From: an uncultured Chloroflexia bacterium
Lineage (GTDB): Bacteria; Chloroflexota; Limnocylindria; Limnocylindrales; CSP1-4
Assembly (NCBI GenBank): GCA_963722105.1
Contig: CAVRKQ010000010.1
Location: 12,291 to 76,290, forward strand
Direction: 5' to 3'
Length of the DNA: 64,000 nucleotides
Made by a program: the position numbers and the translations under genes. Shown here in pieces: positions 1 through 10,699 of this stretch. Under the pieces are notes generated by a model. That model saw nothing but the letters and a program-made list of their open reading frames with translations. It did no database searches and was not told the origin of the DNA. The stretch's first letter is position 1, and each line of letters opens with the position of its first letter.

Positions 1-538
1 GCCCCAGGCCCAGCTTCAAGAGCCGCGGCAGCACCCAGCCCTCCCACATCGGGCGCATCTCGCGCGGCGGCCCGGGGAGCGCCACGATGGTCCCGCCGGC
101 CTTTCGCGCCACCCACCACCCCGGCGCCGTGCCGTTGTCGTTGGGGATCGGCGTCGCCGACGGGAGCAGCCAGGCCTGCTTCGCGTTGCCCTCGGGGAAG
201 TCGAGGTTCCGCCGCGCGAAGAGGTCCCGCAGCCACGCCTCCAGCGCGGGATCGACCGTCGGCGTCTCGCCAAGGCAGGCGGCGATCGCCTCCCGGGTGA
301 GGTCGTCCGGCGTCGGGCCCAGCCCGCCGGTGGACACGACGAGGTCCGCACGCTCCAGCCCGTCCGCGAACGCCGCTGTGACCGCTGCGAGGTCATCCGG
401 CAGGGCGGTCATCCGCTCGACCACCACGCCCCGCCGCGTGAGGTCTCGGGCGAGATCGCCGGCATTGGTGTCGCGCGTCTCGCCGACGGTGAGCTCGGTC
501 CCGATCGAGAGGAGCTCGGCACGGCGGATCGCGGTCAT
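1..538 (-). CDS. cinA: CinA-like competence/damage-inducible protein, N-terminal MoCF/molybdopterin-binding domain (partial; C-terminal part lies left of the window)
   Basis: Not in the ORF track because there is no stop in the window. Hand translation of the minus strand from ATG (complement of 536-538) gives MTAIRRAELLSIGTELTVGETRDTNAGDLARDL...VVSTGGLGPTPDDLTREAIA...ALPGPPREMRPMW, the CinA/MoaB-fold signature. Confidence 0.75.
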   Translation of the reverse strand, partial: MTAIRRAELLSIGTELTVGETRDTNAGDLARDLTRRGVVVERMTALPDDLAAVTAAFADGLERADLVVSTGGLGPTPDDLTREAIAACLGETPTVDPALEAWLRDLFARRNLDFPEGNAKQAWLLPSATPIPNDNGTAPGWWVARKAGGTIVALPGPPREMRPMWEGWVLPRLLKLGLG

Positions 539-662
539 CGCGGGAGCGTAGGACGGCTCGACGGCACACGCGAGGCCCGCGCGATGCGTCGCCCGGCCGG
601 TGGGTCGGGGCTGCGAGGGCCCGCTGCTACCATCGAACCTGATCCCAAACTCCGGAGGTGCC

Positions 663-1529
663 GTGGACGAGGACGGGGCCAGCACGAGCCCAGGACCCGC
701 GACGCCGGCGAGCAAGGCCGCCGCAGGCGAGCCGCCGGGCCTGCGAACCCAGATTGGCGCGACATTCGCCGCGGGCAAGCGGCTGCTCGGCGCGCACGTC
801 GACCTCGCGAAGACCGAGATCGGCGAGATCGTCGACGAGGTCAAGCGGATGGTCGCGCTCGGTGCCGCGGCGATCGGCCTGCTGATCCTGGCGAGCCTCC
901 TGCTGTTCGTTGGCGGGATGCTGTTCCTCGGCGAGTGGCTCTTCGGGTCGATCGGTTGGGGCGCCCTCCTCGGGACGCTGCTGCTCGTCGACATCGCCCT
1001 CGTGCTCTTCCTGGCGGCGCTGGACGTGAGCGGGAAGCGCATCGGGACGTCCTTCGTCATCGGGGCCCTCGTCGGCATCGGCGTCGGGGTGGTGCTCGGC
1101 TTCGACGTCCTCCACCAGGGCTGGCGCGCCCTCGGCGATGCGGTCGCCTCCAACGCCATCGCAGACGAGGCGACGCGCACGCCCGTGGTCGCCGTCCTCG
1201 GGCTCGCGCTCGTCGCGGGCGTCCTCGGGATCCTCGGCGGGATCCGAAGCGGGATCAAGTCTGCGATCGGCGGCTTCATCGCCGCGGCGATCGTCGGCGC
1301 GATCATCGGCTGGATCACCGCGACGCCGGTCTCGGCGCAGGTCGGGGCCGCCCTCGGCGTCCTCGTCGCCCTCATCACCTGGCCGATCCTCGCGGGCCTC
1401 GACGTCGCCCGTGCCGGGATCGACACCGAAGCCCTGGGCAACAAGTTCAAGCCCGACGAGACCATCAACCTCACGAAGGAGACGATCGAGTGGGTGCGCG
1501 CACGGACGCCGCTCGTGCCGAGGTCCTAG
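663..1529 (+). CDS. Holin-X / phage-holin-3_6-like integral membrane protein
   Basis: Lies in ORF 600-1529. An in-frame GTG at 663 follows SD GGAGG (654-658). An amphipathic N-terminal segment (HVDLAKTEIGEIVDEVKRMVALGAAAIGLLILASLLLF) is followed by several G/A/V/L/I-rich TM helices. Confidence 0.55.
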   Translation: MDEDGASTSPGPATPASKAAAGEPPGLRTQIGATFAAGKRLLGAHVDLAKTEIGEIVDEVKRMVALGAAAIGLLILASLLLFVGGMLFLGEWLFGSIGWGALLGTLLLVDIALVLFLAALDVSGKRIGTSFVIGALVGIGVGVVLGFDVLHQGWRALGDAVASNAIADEATRTPVVAVLGLALVAGVLGILGGIRSGIKSAIGGFIAAAIVGAIIGWITATPVSAQVGAALGVLVALITWPILAGLDVARAGIDTEALGNKFKPDETINLTKETIEWVRARTPLVPRS

Positions 1530-2074
1530 CGGCGCGAGCCGGCCTCGACGAGGAGATCACGCGGCTCGAAGCCTCCGGGCGAGCGGCCGCGGACATCCCG
1601 GCGCGCCTCAAGCGCGAGCCGGCGAAGGTTCTCGGCGCCGCAGGCGGTGCTGCCTTCCTGCTCGCAGGCGGGCCGAAGCGGGTGTTCAAGGGCGTCCGGC
1701 GAGCGATTCTCGGGCCGAAGGCCGACCTCCCGAAGTCGATGCTCCCGCCGGAGATCGAGAAGACGCTGAAGAAGCTGGGCCCGGACGGTGAGAAGGTCCG
1801 CGGGACCCTCGAGCGCGAGTTCGCGGACTTCCTCGACGAGAAGGCCCCGCAACGCAAGGAGCGCGACCTGGGCGCGCAGGCGGCACTGCTGCTCGGCGGG
1901 GCCTTGAAGCCGGTCGTGACGCGACTGGGCAAGCAGCTCGCAGAGCGAGCCCTCGACCCGGATGGGCCGTCATTCGCCGAGGGCCTCAGGCGCGCCCGCG
2001 AGCGGCAGAACGGGGCCAAGCCCGGCGGTAACGGCGCCCGACCGCCCGGCGGCAACGACACCGCGCCGCTCTGA
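1490..2074 (+). CDS. DUF3618-like coiled-coil protein with one TM segment
   Basis: This is the tail of the 584-2074 frame. GTG 1490 overlaps the end of the upstream gene. Sequence VGARTDAARAEVLAARAGLDEEITRLEAS...VLGAAGGAAFLLAGGP...; only this part of the 496-aa ORF looks protein-like. Confidence 0.45.
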   Translation: MGARTDAARAEVLAARAGLDEEITRLEASGRAAADIPARLKREPAKVLGAAGGAAFLLAGGPKRVFKGVRRAILGPKADLPKSMLPPEIEKTLKKLGPDGEKVRGTLEREFADFLDEKAPQRKERDLGAQAALLLGGALKPVVTRLGKQLAERALDPDGPSFAEGLRRARERQNGAKPGGNGARPPGGNDTAPL

Positions 2075-2103
2075 GCTCCACGCTGGCCGCTTCCGCTCCT
2101 CCC

Positions 2104-3033
2104 GTGGTCGCGCCCGCCGACGCCGTGATCGTCGTCGACGATGTCCGGAAGGCCTACGGCGCGGTCAAGGCCGTCGACGGCGTCTCCTTCCACGTCACGA
2201 AGGGCGAGATCTTCGGGCTGCTCGGGCCCAACGGTGCCGGCAAGACGACGACCATGGAGATGATCGAAGGCCTCCACCCGCCGGACGCGGGCGCGCTCTC
2301 GGTCCTCGGCCTCGACGTCCGGAAGCACGCCACCGAGATCAAGAACCGGATCGGTGTCCAGCTCCAGACCGCGGCCCTCTATCCGCAGCTCAAGGTGATC
2401 GAGCTGCTGCGCCTTTTCGCCAGCTTCTACGACCACGGGCAGCCGGTCGATCGGGTCCTCGACGACCTCGAGCTCGGCGAGAAGCGGGACGCCCAGACGA
2501 AGACCCTGTCGGGCGGCCAGCAGCAGCGGCTGTCCGTCGCGCTCGCCCTCGTCAGCGACCCCGAGGTCGTGTTCCTCGACGAGCCGACGACGGGCCTCGA
2601 CCCGGCCGCTCGGCAGAGCCTCTGGCAGGTCATCCGGCGGATGCAGGGCGAGGGCCGGACGATCCTGATGACGACCCACTACATGGAGGAGGCCGAGGCC
2701 CTCTGCGATCGACTGGCGATCATGGATCACGGGAAGATCCTGGACACGGGTACGGTCGAAGAGCTCATCGGGCGGCGGTTCAAGGAGCGCTCCGTCCGCT
2801 TCGGGAAGGCGGGTGCGCCATCCCTGGACGAGCTCCAGGGCATGGCCGGTGTCAGCCAGGTCGTCGAAGAGGACGATGAGATCGTCCTGTTCACGAAGGA
2901 CGTCCCGGCGACCGTGGGTGCCCTCCTCGGGCGCACGAGCGGCACCGGGACGGAGCTATCCGGGCTGATGATCCGGCGGGCGAGCCTCGAGGACGTGTTC
3001 CTCGAGCTGACCGGGCGCGCGCTTCGCGACTGA
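2104..3033 (+). CDS. ABC transporter ATP-binding protein (ABC-2/DrrA-like exporter)
   Basis: Walker A GPNGAGKTT, signature LSGGQQQR, Walker B VVFLDEPTTGLD. Confidence 0.9.
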   Translation: MVAPADAVIVVDDVRKAYGAVKAVDGVSFHVTKGEIFGLLGPNGAGKTTTMEMIEGLHPPDAGALSVLGLDVRKHATEIKNRIGVQLQTAALYPQLKVIELLRLFASFYDHGQPVDRVLDDLELGEKRDAQTKTLSGGQQQRLSVALALVSDPEVVFLDEPTTGLDPAARQSLWQVIRRMQGEGRTILMTTHYMEEAEALCDRLAIMDHGKILDTGTVEELIGRRFKERSVRFGKAGAPSLDELQGMAGVSQVVEEDDEIVLFTKDVPATVGALLGRTSGTGTELSGLMIRRASLEDVFLELTGRALRD

Positions 3034-4130
3034 TGCGCGCCCTCGTCGCCCTGACCGCGGCCAACCTCCGGAGCTTCATCCGTGACCGCGCCGCCCTGTT
3101 CTGGACACTGGCGTTCCCGGTCGTGTTCGTCATCCTGTTCGGGACGATCTTCTCCGGCGGGAGCTCGGACTACACGCTCGGCTGGGTCGACGAGGACGGG
3201 ACGCCACCCGTGGCGGCGCTGCGCCAGGCGTTTGTCGACAACGCGCCGGTCGAGCTGCTCGACCTGACGCGCGACGAGGCACGGGCGAAGATGCAGGCCG
3301 GCGACCTGGCAGGGATCATCGTCCTCCCGAAGGGCCTCGCCGACGCGGTGACGGCGGGACAGGGAGGCGGCGCGACGGCGCCCGTCGCGGTCACGGTCAT
3401 CACGGACCCAAGCCGCTCGGGCCAATCACAGACGGTGCAGCAGATCGCGACCGGCCTTGTCATGGCCGCGAACCTCCGTCTGTCTGGCGCGAGCCCGATT
3501 CTGACGATCCAGCCCGAGTCACTGCAGACGAGCTCGCTCAACAGCGTTTCGTTCTTCGTGCCGAGCATCCTCGCAATGGCGTTGATGCAGCTCGGGATCT
3601 TCGCCGCGATCCCGCTCGTGCAGCAGCGGGAGAAGCTGATCCTGAAGCGACTCAACGCGACGCCGCTGCCGCGCTGGACGCTCGTCGGGTCGAACGTCAT
3701 CGTGCGGCTCATCATCGCCGCGGCCCAGACCGTGATCATCCTCGGCATCGGGATCGCCGTCCTGGGCGTCGAGATCACCGGCAACCCGCTGGTGATCGCG
3801 GGCTTCGTCGTGCTGGGTGCGCTCGCGTTCACCTCGATCGGCTACGTCATCGCCTCGTTCGCGCGGACCGAGGAGGCCGCCAACGGGATGACCCAGATCA
3901 TCCAGTTCCCCCTGATGTTCCTGTCGGGGATCTTCTTCCCGCTGGAGATCATGCCCGAGTGGCTGCGCGGCTTCGCCACCTTCATGCCCCTGACCTATCT
4001 CGGCGACGCGCTGCGCCAGACCATGGTCGGCGGCACGCCGTTCGCGCCGCTCGGGGTCGACGCGATCGTCCTCGCCGGCTGGCTCGTGGTGACCCTCGCG
4101 GTCTCGGCCCGCTACTTCCGCTGGCAGTAG
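3033..4130 (+). CDS. ABC-2 type transporter permease
   Basis: TGATG stop/start overlap with the ATPase gene. 365 aa with an N-terminal TM, a large loop and five C-terminal TM helices, typical of ABC-2 membrane proteins. Confidence 0.85.
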   Translation: MRALVALTAANLRSFIRDRAALFWTLAFPVVFVILFGTIFSGGSSDYTLGWVDEDGTPPVAALRQAFVDNAPVELLDLTRDEARAKMQAGDLAGIIVLPKGLADAVTAGQGGGATAPVAVTVITDPSRSGQSQTVQQIATGLVMAANLRLSGASPILTIQPESLQTSSLNSVSFFVPSILAMALMQLGIFAAIPLVQQREKLILKRLNATPLPRWTLVGSNVIVRLIIAAAQTVIILGIGIAVLGVEITGNPLVIAGFVVLGALAFTSIGYVIASFARTEEAANGMTQIIQFPLMFLSGIFFPLEIMPEWLRGFATFMPLTYLGDALRQTMVGGTPFAPLGVDAIVLAGWLVVTLAVSARYFRWQ

Positions 4131-4166
4131 CGCCTCATCGCGGGCGCCATCGCGTCCGGCGACGGC

Positions 4167-4643
4167 TCAGTCCAGCCAGGCACGCTCCTGGAACCGGATC
4201 ACCGACGCCTCGCCCCCGGAGGAAGCATCCAGGATCCTCCGCTCCGTGAAGTCCGAGATGGGGCGCGGCAGGGCGTCGAGCGCGAACCACCCCAGGTCGC
4301 CGATCTCGGGCGGTTGCGCGACAGGCGCCCGACCGTCGAGGCTCCTGGCCCGGAACACGAAATGGATGATCGGCCCATGGTCGTGGCCGGGGCTCGGGCC
4401 GACCTCGTAGTAGACCCCGGTCAGTCGCTCGAGGGCGACGTCGAGGCCGGTCTCCTCGCGCATCTCGCGGATCGCCGTCTCGTCGGGCGACTCGCCCGGC
4501 TCAGCACCGCCGCCCGGGATCTCCCAGTTCAGACGCCCGTACGTATGGCGTACCAGGAGCACGCGGCCCTGGTCGTCGAAGAGGGCACACGCCCCGCCCA
4601 TCGCGATCACGGGCGGAGGTCCCATGTAGGCAGGTTTCTCCAT
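4167..4643 (-). CDS. NUDIX hydrolase
   Basis: Nudix box GGGAEPGESPDETAIREMREETGL. I place the start at MEKPAYMG (ATG complement 4641-4643), because the longer ORF (to 4811) is antisense to the tRNA gene. Confidence 0.85.
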   Translation of the reverse strand: MEKPAYMGPPPVIAMGGACALFDDQGRVLLVRHTYGRLNWEIPGGGAEPGESPDETAIREMREETGLDVALERLTGVYYEVGPSPGHDHGPIIHFVFRARSLDGRAPVAQPPEIGDLGWFALDALPRPISDFTERRILDASSGGEASVIRFQERAWLD

Positions 4644-4664
4644 GCCGGCGAGTATCCTCCCGGC

Positions 4665-4747
4665 GGGCGAGTGGCGGAATGGCAGACGCGCCGGCCTTAG
4701 GAGCCGGTGGCCGAAAGGCCGTGAGGGTTCGACCCCCTCCTTGCCCA
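4665..4747 (+). tRNA. tRNA-Leu (anticodon UAG), type II with long variable arm; CCA not encoded
   Basis: Hand fold: acceptor GGGCGAG/CTTGCCC (one G-U), anticodon stem CCGGC/GCCGG with loop CTTAGGA, variable arm GGCC-GAAA-GGCC, T arm GAGGG-TTCGACC-CCCTC, discriminator A. Confidence 0.9.
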
Positions 4748-4868
4748 CGAGCTCGCGCCGTCTTGCGGCCCCATCGCCGCGTTGACGCCTGTGCGCGGTG
4801 CCCGCGCGCACCGGTCATCGCGACGAATGCAATTCCCTTGGCAAGGTCGGCGGGCGTACGCTCCGCGC

Positions 4869-5420
4869 ATGTCGCGGCGAATGGCAACGGTCCTGATCGG
4901 AATCGCGCTCCTGCTGGTCGTCGGCGTGCCCGTGCTCGCCGGGACGGGGAACGGCAAGGAGAACGCCCCCGGCCAGCAGAAAGAGAAGACGCCAAAGGCG
5001 CCGATCACGCTCAACGGCACGATCACAGCCACGGCCGCCGCCGACGGCAAGAGCGAGTACACCCTGACCGACGGCGGCAAGACATACACCCTCGAGGCCG
5101 GGCCGAAGTGGTTCTTCGATGCGGGCAAGTACCCGCTCGATCAGTACGTCGGCAAGTCGGTCAAGATCGAGGGCGAGGTCGCCGAAGGCTCGACCGAGGT
5201 CGACGTCACCTCCGTGAACGGCACCGCGCTCCGCGAGGGGGGCAAGCCGCCATGGGCCGGTGGCTGGAAGGTCGTGGGCGAGAAGCACCCCGGGTGGTCC
5301 CAGGAGAAGGCCGACCGCATGAAGGCGAAGTTCGGCGCTTGCTTCCCTCCGGGCCAGTGCAAGGACAAGCCGAAGAACAACGAGACCGAAGAGGACGGCG
5401 AAGGCCCGGACGTCGAGTAG
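4869..5420 (+). CDS. Secreted/membrane-anchored hypothetical protein
   Basis: Start at MSRRMATVLIGIALLLVVGVPVLAG (signal/anchor) within ORF 4782-5420. Lys/Glu-rich C-terminus. I recognise no family. Confidence 0.5.
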   Translation: MSRRMATVLIGIALLLVVGVPVLAGTGNGKENAPGQQKEKTPKAPITLNGTITATAAADGKSEYTLTDGGKTYTLEAGPKWFFDAGKYPLDQYVGKSVKIEGEVAEGSTEVDVTSVNGTALREGGKPPWAGGWKVVGEKHPGWSQEKADRMKAKFGACFPPGQCKDKPKNNETEEDGEGPDVE

Positions 5421-5499
5421 CCGGGCGCCGGCCGACGAGGCCGGCCCGCCATCGCCGGCCCACCGGGCCGAGGCGACCTCCCAACCTATACTCGGCTCG

Positions 5500-6915
5500 A
5501 TGAACGTCACGGTCACCCCGGCGCCCAAGAGCGCCCTCAGCATCCGGGTCGAGCTGCCGCCCGAGCGCCTCGACGCCGCGATCACGGAGGCGGTCCGGCA
5601 CCTCTCGCAGCGCAACAAGATCCCCGGCTTCCGACCCGGCAAGGCGCCTCGCGGCGTCCTCGAGGCGGTCCTCGGCAAGGACGCCGTGATGGAGGAAGCG
5701 ATGGACCACCTCGTCCAGCGCGCCTACCGCGACGCCATGCTCGAGAAGGAGATCCTGCCGCTGACCCAGGCAGAGGTGAACGTCGAGCAGGGCGAGGAGG
5801 GCAAGCCGGTCATCTTCACGGCGAGCGTCCAGGTCCGGCCGGAGGTGACGCTCGGCGACTACCGCGGCTTCAACTTCAAGCCCGAGATCGAGAAGATCGA
5901 CGACGCCAAGGTCCAGAAGGTCGTGGACGAGCTGCGCGACCAGAACGCCAGCCTCGGCCCCGTCATCGATCGCGGGGCGAAGAATGGCGACTTCGTGGTC
6001 ATCGGCTACACGGGCAGTCGCGACGGCGTGCCCTTCGACGGTGGCTCCAGCGAGCGGATGCCGCTGATCCTCGGCGAGGAGCGCCTGATCCCGGGCTTCG
6101 AAGCCAACGTCGTCGGGCTCAAGCCCGGTGAGTCGACCAGCTTCGACATCACCTTCCCCGACGACTACCCCGAGGCGAGCCTCGCGAACCAGACCGCCAG
6201 GTTCGAGGTCGAGCTCAAGGAGTTGCGCGAGAAGATCGTCCCGCCCGAGGACGACGACTTCGCGAAGTCGCTCGGCGCTTTCGAGGACCTCGCCGGCCTC
6301 CGAGCCGAGATCAAGTCCCGCCTCGAGCGGAACGCCCTCGATCGGGCCCGCCACGAGTTCGCGGACAAGATCATCGAGTACGCGACGGCGAATGCGACGC
6401 TCGACCTGCCCGACGTCCTGGTGGACCAGGAGGTCGAGATCATGCACGACGAGCTGCGCGGCTCGCTCGCGCGGCAGGGCATCGACGAAGCGGCCTACCT
6501 GAAGGTCTCCGGCAAGACCGACGCCGACCTCCACGCCGAGTTCCACCCGCGCGCCGAGAAGCGGGTGAAGGTCCTGCTGGTGCTCTCGAAGGTCGCCGAG
6601 GCCGAGGGCCTCGAGATCTCCGACCGCGACGTCGAGGACGAGATCCGGAAGGCCCGCGCCCAGTACGGCAACGACCGGAAGACACTCGCCTACTTCGAAT
6701 CGGATCGGGGCCGGAGCTTCATCCGCTCGACGCTCCGTCGCAGCCGGCTCGTCGAGAAGCTCGTCGACGAGTGGCTGGCTGCCCACCCCGACCACCCGGC
6801 CCTGCCCCACGCCGAGGAGGGCGACGACATCGACATGCAGCCTGACGCTCTCGCCGATTCCGAGCCCCAACCCGGCAAGCGTGGCCGTGCCGCTGTGACG
6901 ACAGGCCGCCGCTGA
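5500..6915 (+). CDS. tig: Trigger factor (ribosome-associated peptidyl-prolyl isomerase)
   Basis: N-terminal ribosome-binding motif [10 protein letters not shown], an FKBP-like middle domain, and the classical tig-clpP-clpX context. Confidence 0.95.
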   Translation: MNVTVTPAPKSALSIRVELPPERLDAAITEAVRHLSQRNKIPGFRPGKAPRGVLEAVLGKDAVMEEAMDHLVQRAYRDAMLEKEILPLTQAEVNVEQGEEGKPVIFTASVQVRPEVTLGDYRGFNFKPEIEKIDDAKVQKVVDELRDQNASLGPVIDRGAKNGDFVVIGYTGSRDGVPFDGGSSERMPLILGEERLIPGFEANVVGLKPGESTSFDITFPDDYPEASLANQTARFEVELKELREKIVPPEDDDFAKSLGAFEDLAGLRAEIKSRLERNALDRARHEFADKIIEYATANATLDLPDVLVDQEVEIMHDELRGSLARQGIDEAAYLKVSGKTDADLHAEFHPRAEKRVKVLLVLSKVAEAEGLEISDRDVEDEIRKARAQYGNDRKTLAYFESDRGRSFIRSTLRRSRLVEKLVDEWLAAHPDHPALPHAEEGDDIDMQPDALADSEPQPGKRGRAAVTTGRR

Positions 6916-6965
6916 TCCGCCAGTCCACCGTCTATCGCCCCCAGCCGCCACAGGAGAAGCCCCGC

Positions 6966-7676
6966 ATGCTCGTGCCGATGGTCATCGAGTCCTCCAGCCG
7001 GGGGGAGCGCGCCTATGACATCTACTCCCGCCTGCTCAAGGAGCGGATCATCTTCCTCGGTGACGTGATCGAGGATCACCTTGCGAACCTGGTCATCGCC
7101 CAGCTGCTGTTCCTGGAGTCGGAGGACCCCGAGAAGGACATCAGCCTGTACATCAACTCGCCTGGCGGCGTCGTGACCGCCGGCCTGGCGATTTACGACA
7201 CGATGCAGTACCTGCGCGCGCCGGTCTCCACGATCTGCATCGGGCAGGCTGCGTCGATGGCATCGGTGCTGCTCGCCGCCGGCGCTCCGGGCAAGCGCTA
7301 CGGCCTACCCCACAGCCGGATCATGATCCACCAGGGCTCCGGCGGGTTCCGCGGCGCGCCGATGGACGCGCTGATCCAGATGAAGGAGTGGGAGACGCTC
7401 GTTGCGCTCAACCACCAGATTCTTGCCCGGCACACGGGCCAGACGCTCGAACAGGTGGAGCGGGACACGGAGCGAGACCGGTTCATGAGCCCCGATGAGG
7501 CAAAGGACTATGGCATCATCGACGCGGTCTACAACCTCGAGGGAACGTCGCTGATCGCGGCGGCCCACGACGCCGGACTGTCCGGTGGCGAGGGTTCGAG
7601 CGTGACGGAGCCGGCCGAGGCGACGGAGCCGGAGACGCCCCCCGAGGCGGAGAAAGAGAAGAAGTCGAAGTCCTGA
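6966..7676 (+). CDS. clpP: ATP-dependent Clp protease proteolytic subunit, with ~40-aa acidic C-terminal extension
   Basis: Catalytic Ser in GQAASMAS, His in IMIHQ, Asp in DTERDRF. The tail [25 protein letters not shown] lies beyond the usual end of the protein. Confidence 0.95.
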   Translation: MLVPMVIESSSRGERAYDIYSRLLKERIIFLGDVIEDHLANLVIAQLLFLESEDPEKDISLYINSPGGVVTAGLAIYDTMQYLRAPVSTICIGQAASMASVLLAAGAPGKRYGLPHSRIMIHQGSGGFRGAPMDALIQMKEWETLVALNHQILARHTGQTLEQVERDTERDRFMSPDEAKDYGIIDAVYNLEGTSLIAAAHDAGLSGGEGSSVTEPAEATEPETPPEAEKEKKSKS

Positions 7677-7724
7677 ACCCGGGGTCGCGCCGGGCCGGGC
7701 GTCGACCGTGATCGAGGGCAACGG

Positions 7725-9035
<1,311 letters not shown>

Positions 9036-9079
9036 GCGGCCCTTCGACGGCGCAACCCGCCGATCGCCTGGCCCGCTAG

Positions 9080-10657
9080 CTACCGATCAAGCATGGACCC
9101 GCGGGGGCCGGTGGGATTGGCCGCCTTGCGGCGAGCGCGCACGCCACGGGTCGGTGGCGGGGTCGGGGCCACACCCGGGGCTTGCTCTGGCTCACCTTCC
9201 CCGACCAGCGACACGAAGACCTCCACGAGCTCCGGGTCGAACTGGACGCCACGATGGCGGCGGAGCTCCTTGACCGCTTCGGCGTGGGTCAGCGGCTCCT
9301 TGTAGGGGCGCGCCGAGATCATCGCCTCGTAGGCGTCGGCGATGGCCACGATTTGCGAGCCCATCGGGATCTCGGCGCCCGCGAGACCGTGGGGGTAGCC
9401 GCGGCCGTCGTACCACTCGTGGTGGTGGAGCACGATCTGGGCTGCGTCCCGGATGGCGCCCGCCTGTTCCAGGACGACCTGGCCGATCTTGGGATGCTCC
9501 ACGATCGAGCGCCACTCGTGGGCGTCGAGCGCCGCCGGCTTGTCGAGGATCTCGTCGGGGATGGCGAGCTTGCCGAGGTCGTGCAGGAGGCTCGCCGTGC
9601 GGATGCGCTCGATGTCGCCCTCCGGCAGTCCGATGGCGCGACCGATGTCGGCGGACAGGTCGGCGATGAGCTGGGAGGCGCCGCCTGCCCAGCCCGGCCG
9701 ATCGGCCAGCGCGGCCAGCAGATGCCGATTCGAAGCGTCGAACGCCGCCCGCCCGATCGAAGCGGCCTTGTCCCGCGCCTCGGGGTCGATCGTGGCGTGC
9801 GTGAGGCTGGAGCCGTCGTGGATCCGCTGGAATCGCTGGATCTGGTCGCGGCCTGATTCCTTGGCGCCGTACAAAGCGCTGTCGGCCTCGCGCAGCAGCT
9901 GGTCGACGTCGAGGCTCCGTTCGCCGCTGTAGCCCGTCACCCCGGCGCTGATCGCGACGTTGAAGACGAGCTCGCCAGTCGCGGTCACGACGGTCACCGG
10001 CGTGCGCCCCAGGATCCGTCGCAGGTTCTCCGCGGTCGCCATGCCGCCGTCGACGTCGGTCTCGGGCATCACGAGCAGGAACTCCTCGCCACCGTAGCGG
10101 CCCAGGCTATCGACGGACCGGACGTTGTCCTTGAGGACGCTCGCCACGTGGCGCAGCACGTCGTCGCCGATGGCGTGCCCGTGGGTGTCATTGACCCGCT
10201 TGAAGTGGTCGATGTCGAACATCGCCACGCTGATCGGTCGCTGATAGCGATTCGCTCGCTCGATCTCGGTCTCGAGGACGCCGACCGTCGCCTGGCGATT
10301 GAACAGGTGGGTCTGGGGATCCGTCGTGGCAAGCGCCTCGACGTCGGCGATCCGCTGCACGAGGCCCTTCAGGGACTTGCGCAGCACCTCGTCCGGGTAG
10401 CGGACGGCCTCCACGTGCGACGCGAGCCCGGCCTGCGCGAGCTGGTCCGCGACCTTGGCGAGCATGCGGGCGCGATGCCGCCCGATGACGTACGAGAACG
10501 TCAATGCGCCGAGAATGAAGCCGAGGACCAGGAGCACGAGCTCCGAGGCGAAAATCCCGAGCGGCAGCGTGGTGACCCTCGTTCCGAGCGCTGGTGCGCT
10601 CCGACACCGAACGCTACGAAACGGGCCCCCTCCCCGAGCATCGCCCAAAGGTCCCAT
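9080..10657 (-). CDS. Membrane-anchored bifunctional diguanylate cyclase (GGDEF with I-site) / HD-GYP phosphodiesterase
   Basis: One TM helix (FASELVLLVLGFILGALTF). RSVD-x5-GGEEF indicates I-site plus A-site. HD-GYP elements LLHDLGK and HHHEWYDGRGYP. Start chosen at ATG 10657 (MGPLG); the upstream part of the 682-aa ORF is Arg/Pro-rich noise. Confidence 0.85.
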   Translation of the reverse strand: MGPLGDARGGGPFRSVRCRSAPALGTRVTTLPLGIFASELVLLVLGFILGALTFSYVIGRHRARMLAKVADQLAQAGLASHVEAVRYPDEVLRKSLKGLVQRIADVEALATTDPQTHLFNRQATVGVLETEIERANRYQRPISVAMFDIDHFKRVNDTHGHAIGDDVLRHVASVLKDNVRSVDSLGRYGGEEFLLVMPETDVDGGMATAENLRRILGRTPVTVVTATGELVFNVAISAGVTGYSGERSLDVDQLLREADSALYGAKESGRDQIQRFQRIHDGSSLTHATIDPEARDKAASIGRAAFDASNRHLLAALADRPGWAGGASQLIADLSADIGRAIGLPEGDIERIRTASLLHDLGKLAIPDEILDKPAALDAHEWRSIVEHPKIGQVVLEQAGAIRDAAQIVLHHHEWYDGRGYPHGLAGAEIPMGSQIVAIADAYEAMISARPYKEPLTHAEAVKELRRHRGVQFDPELVEVFVSLVGEGEPEQAPGVAPTPPPTRGVRARRKAANPTGPRGSMLDR

Positions 10658-10699
10658 TCGGGAGCCGCGAGAGGCCGCGGTGTACACTCCCGCCCTCAC

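Noticed and set aside
600-2074. Prophage remnant, because of the 'phage holin' family resemblance
   Set aside because: There are no neighbouring phage genes (endolysin, terminase, capsid, integrase). This holin-like family paired with a DUF3618-type gene is, to my knowledge, a common chromosomal pair in high-GC Gram-positives.
4644-4811. N-terminal extension of the NUDIX ORF (214-aa version)
   Set aside because: The extension (…GVEPSRPFGHRLLRPARLPFRHSPAG) is the antisense translation of the tRNA-Leu gene. The Nudix fold is complete from MEKPAYMG.
5206-6951. 581-aa minus-strand ORF
   Set aside because: It is antisense to trigger factor and has no recognisable motifs.
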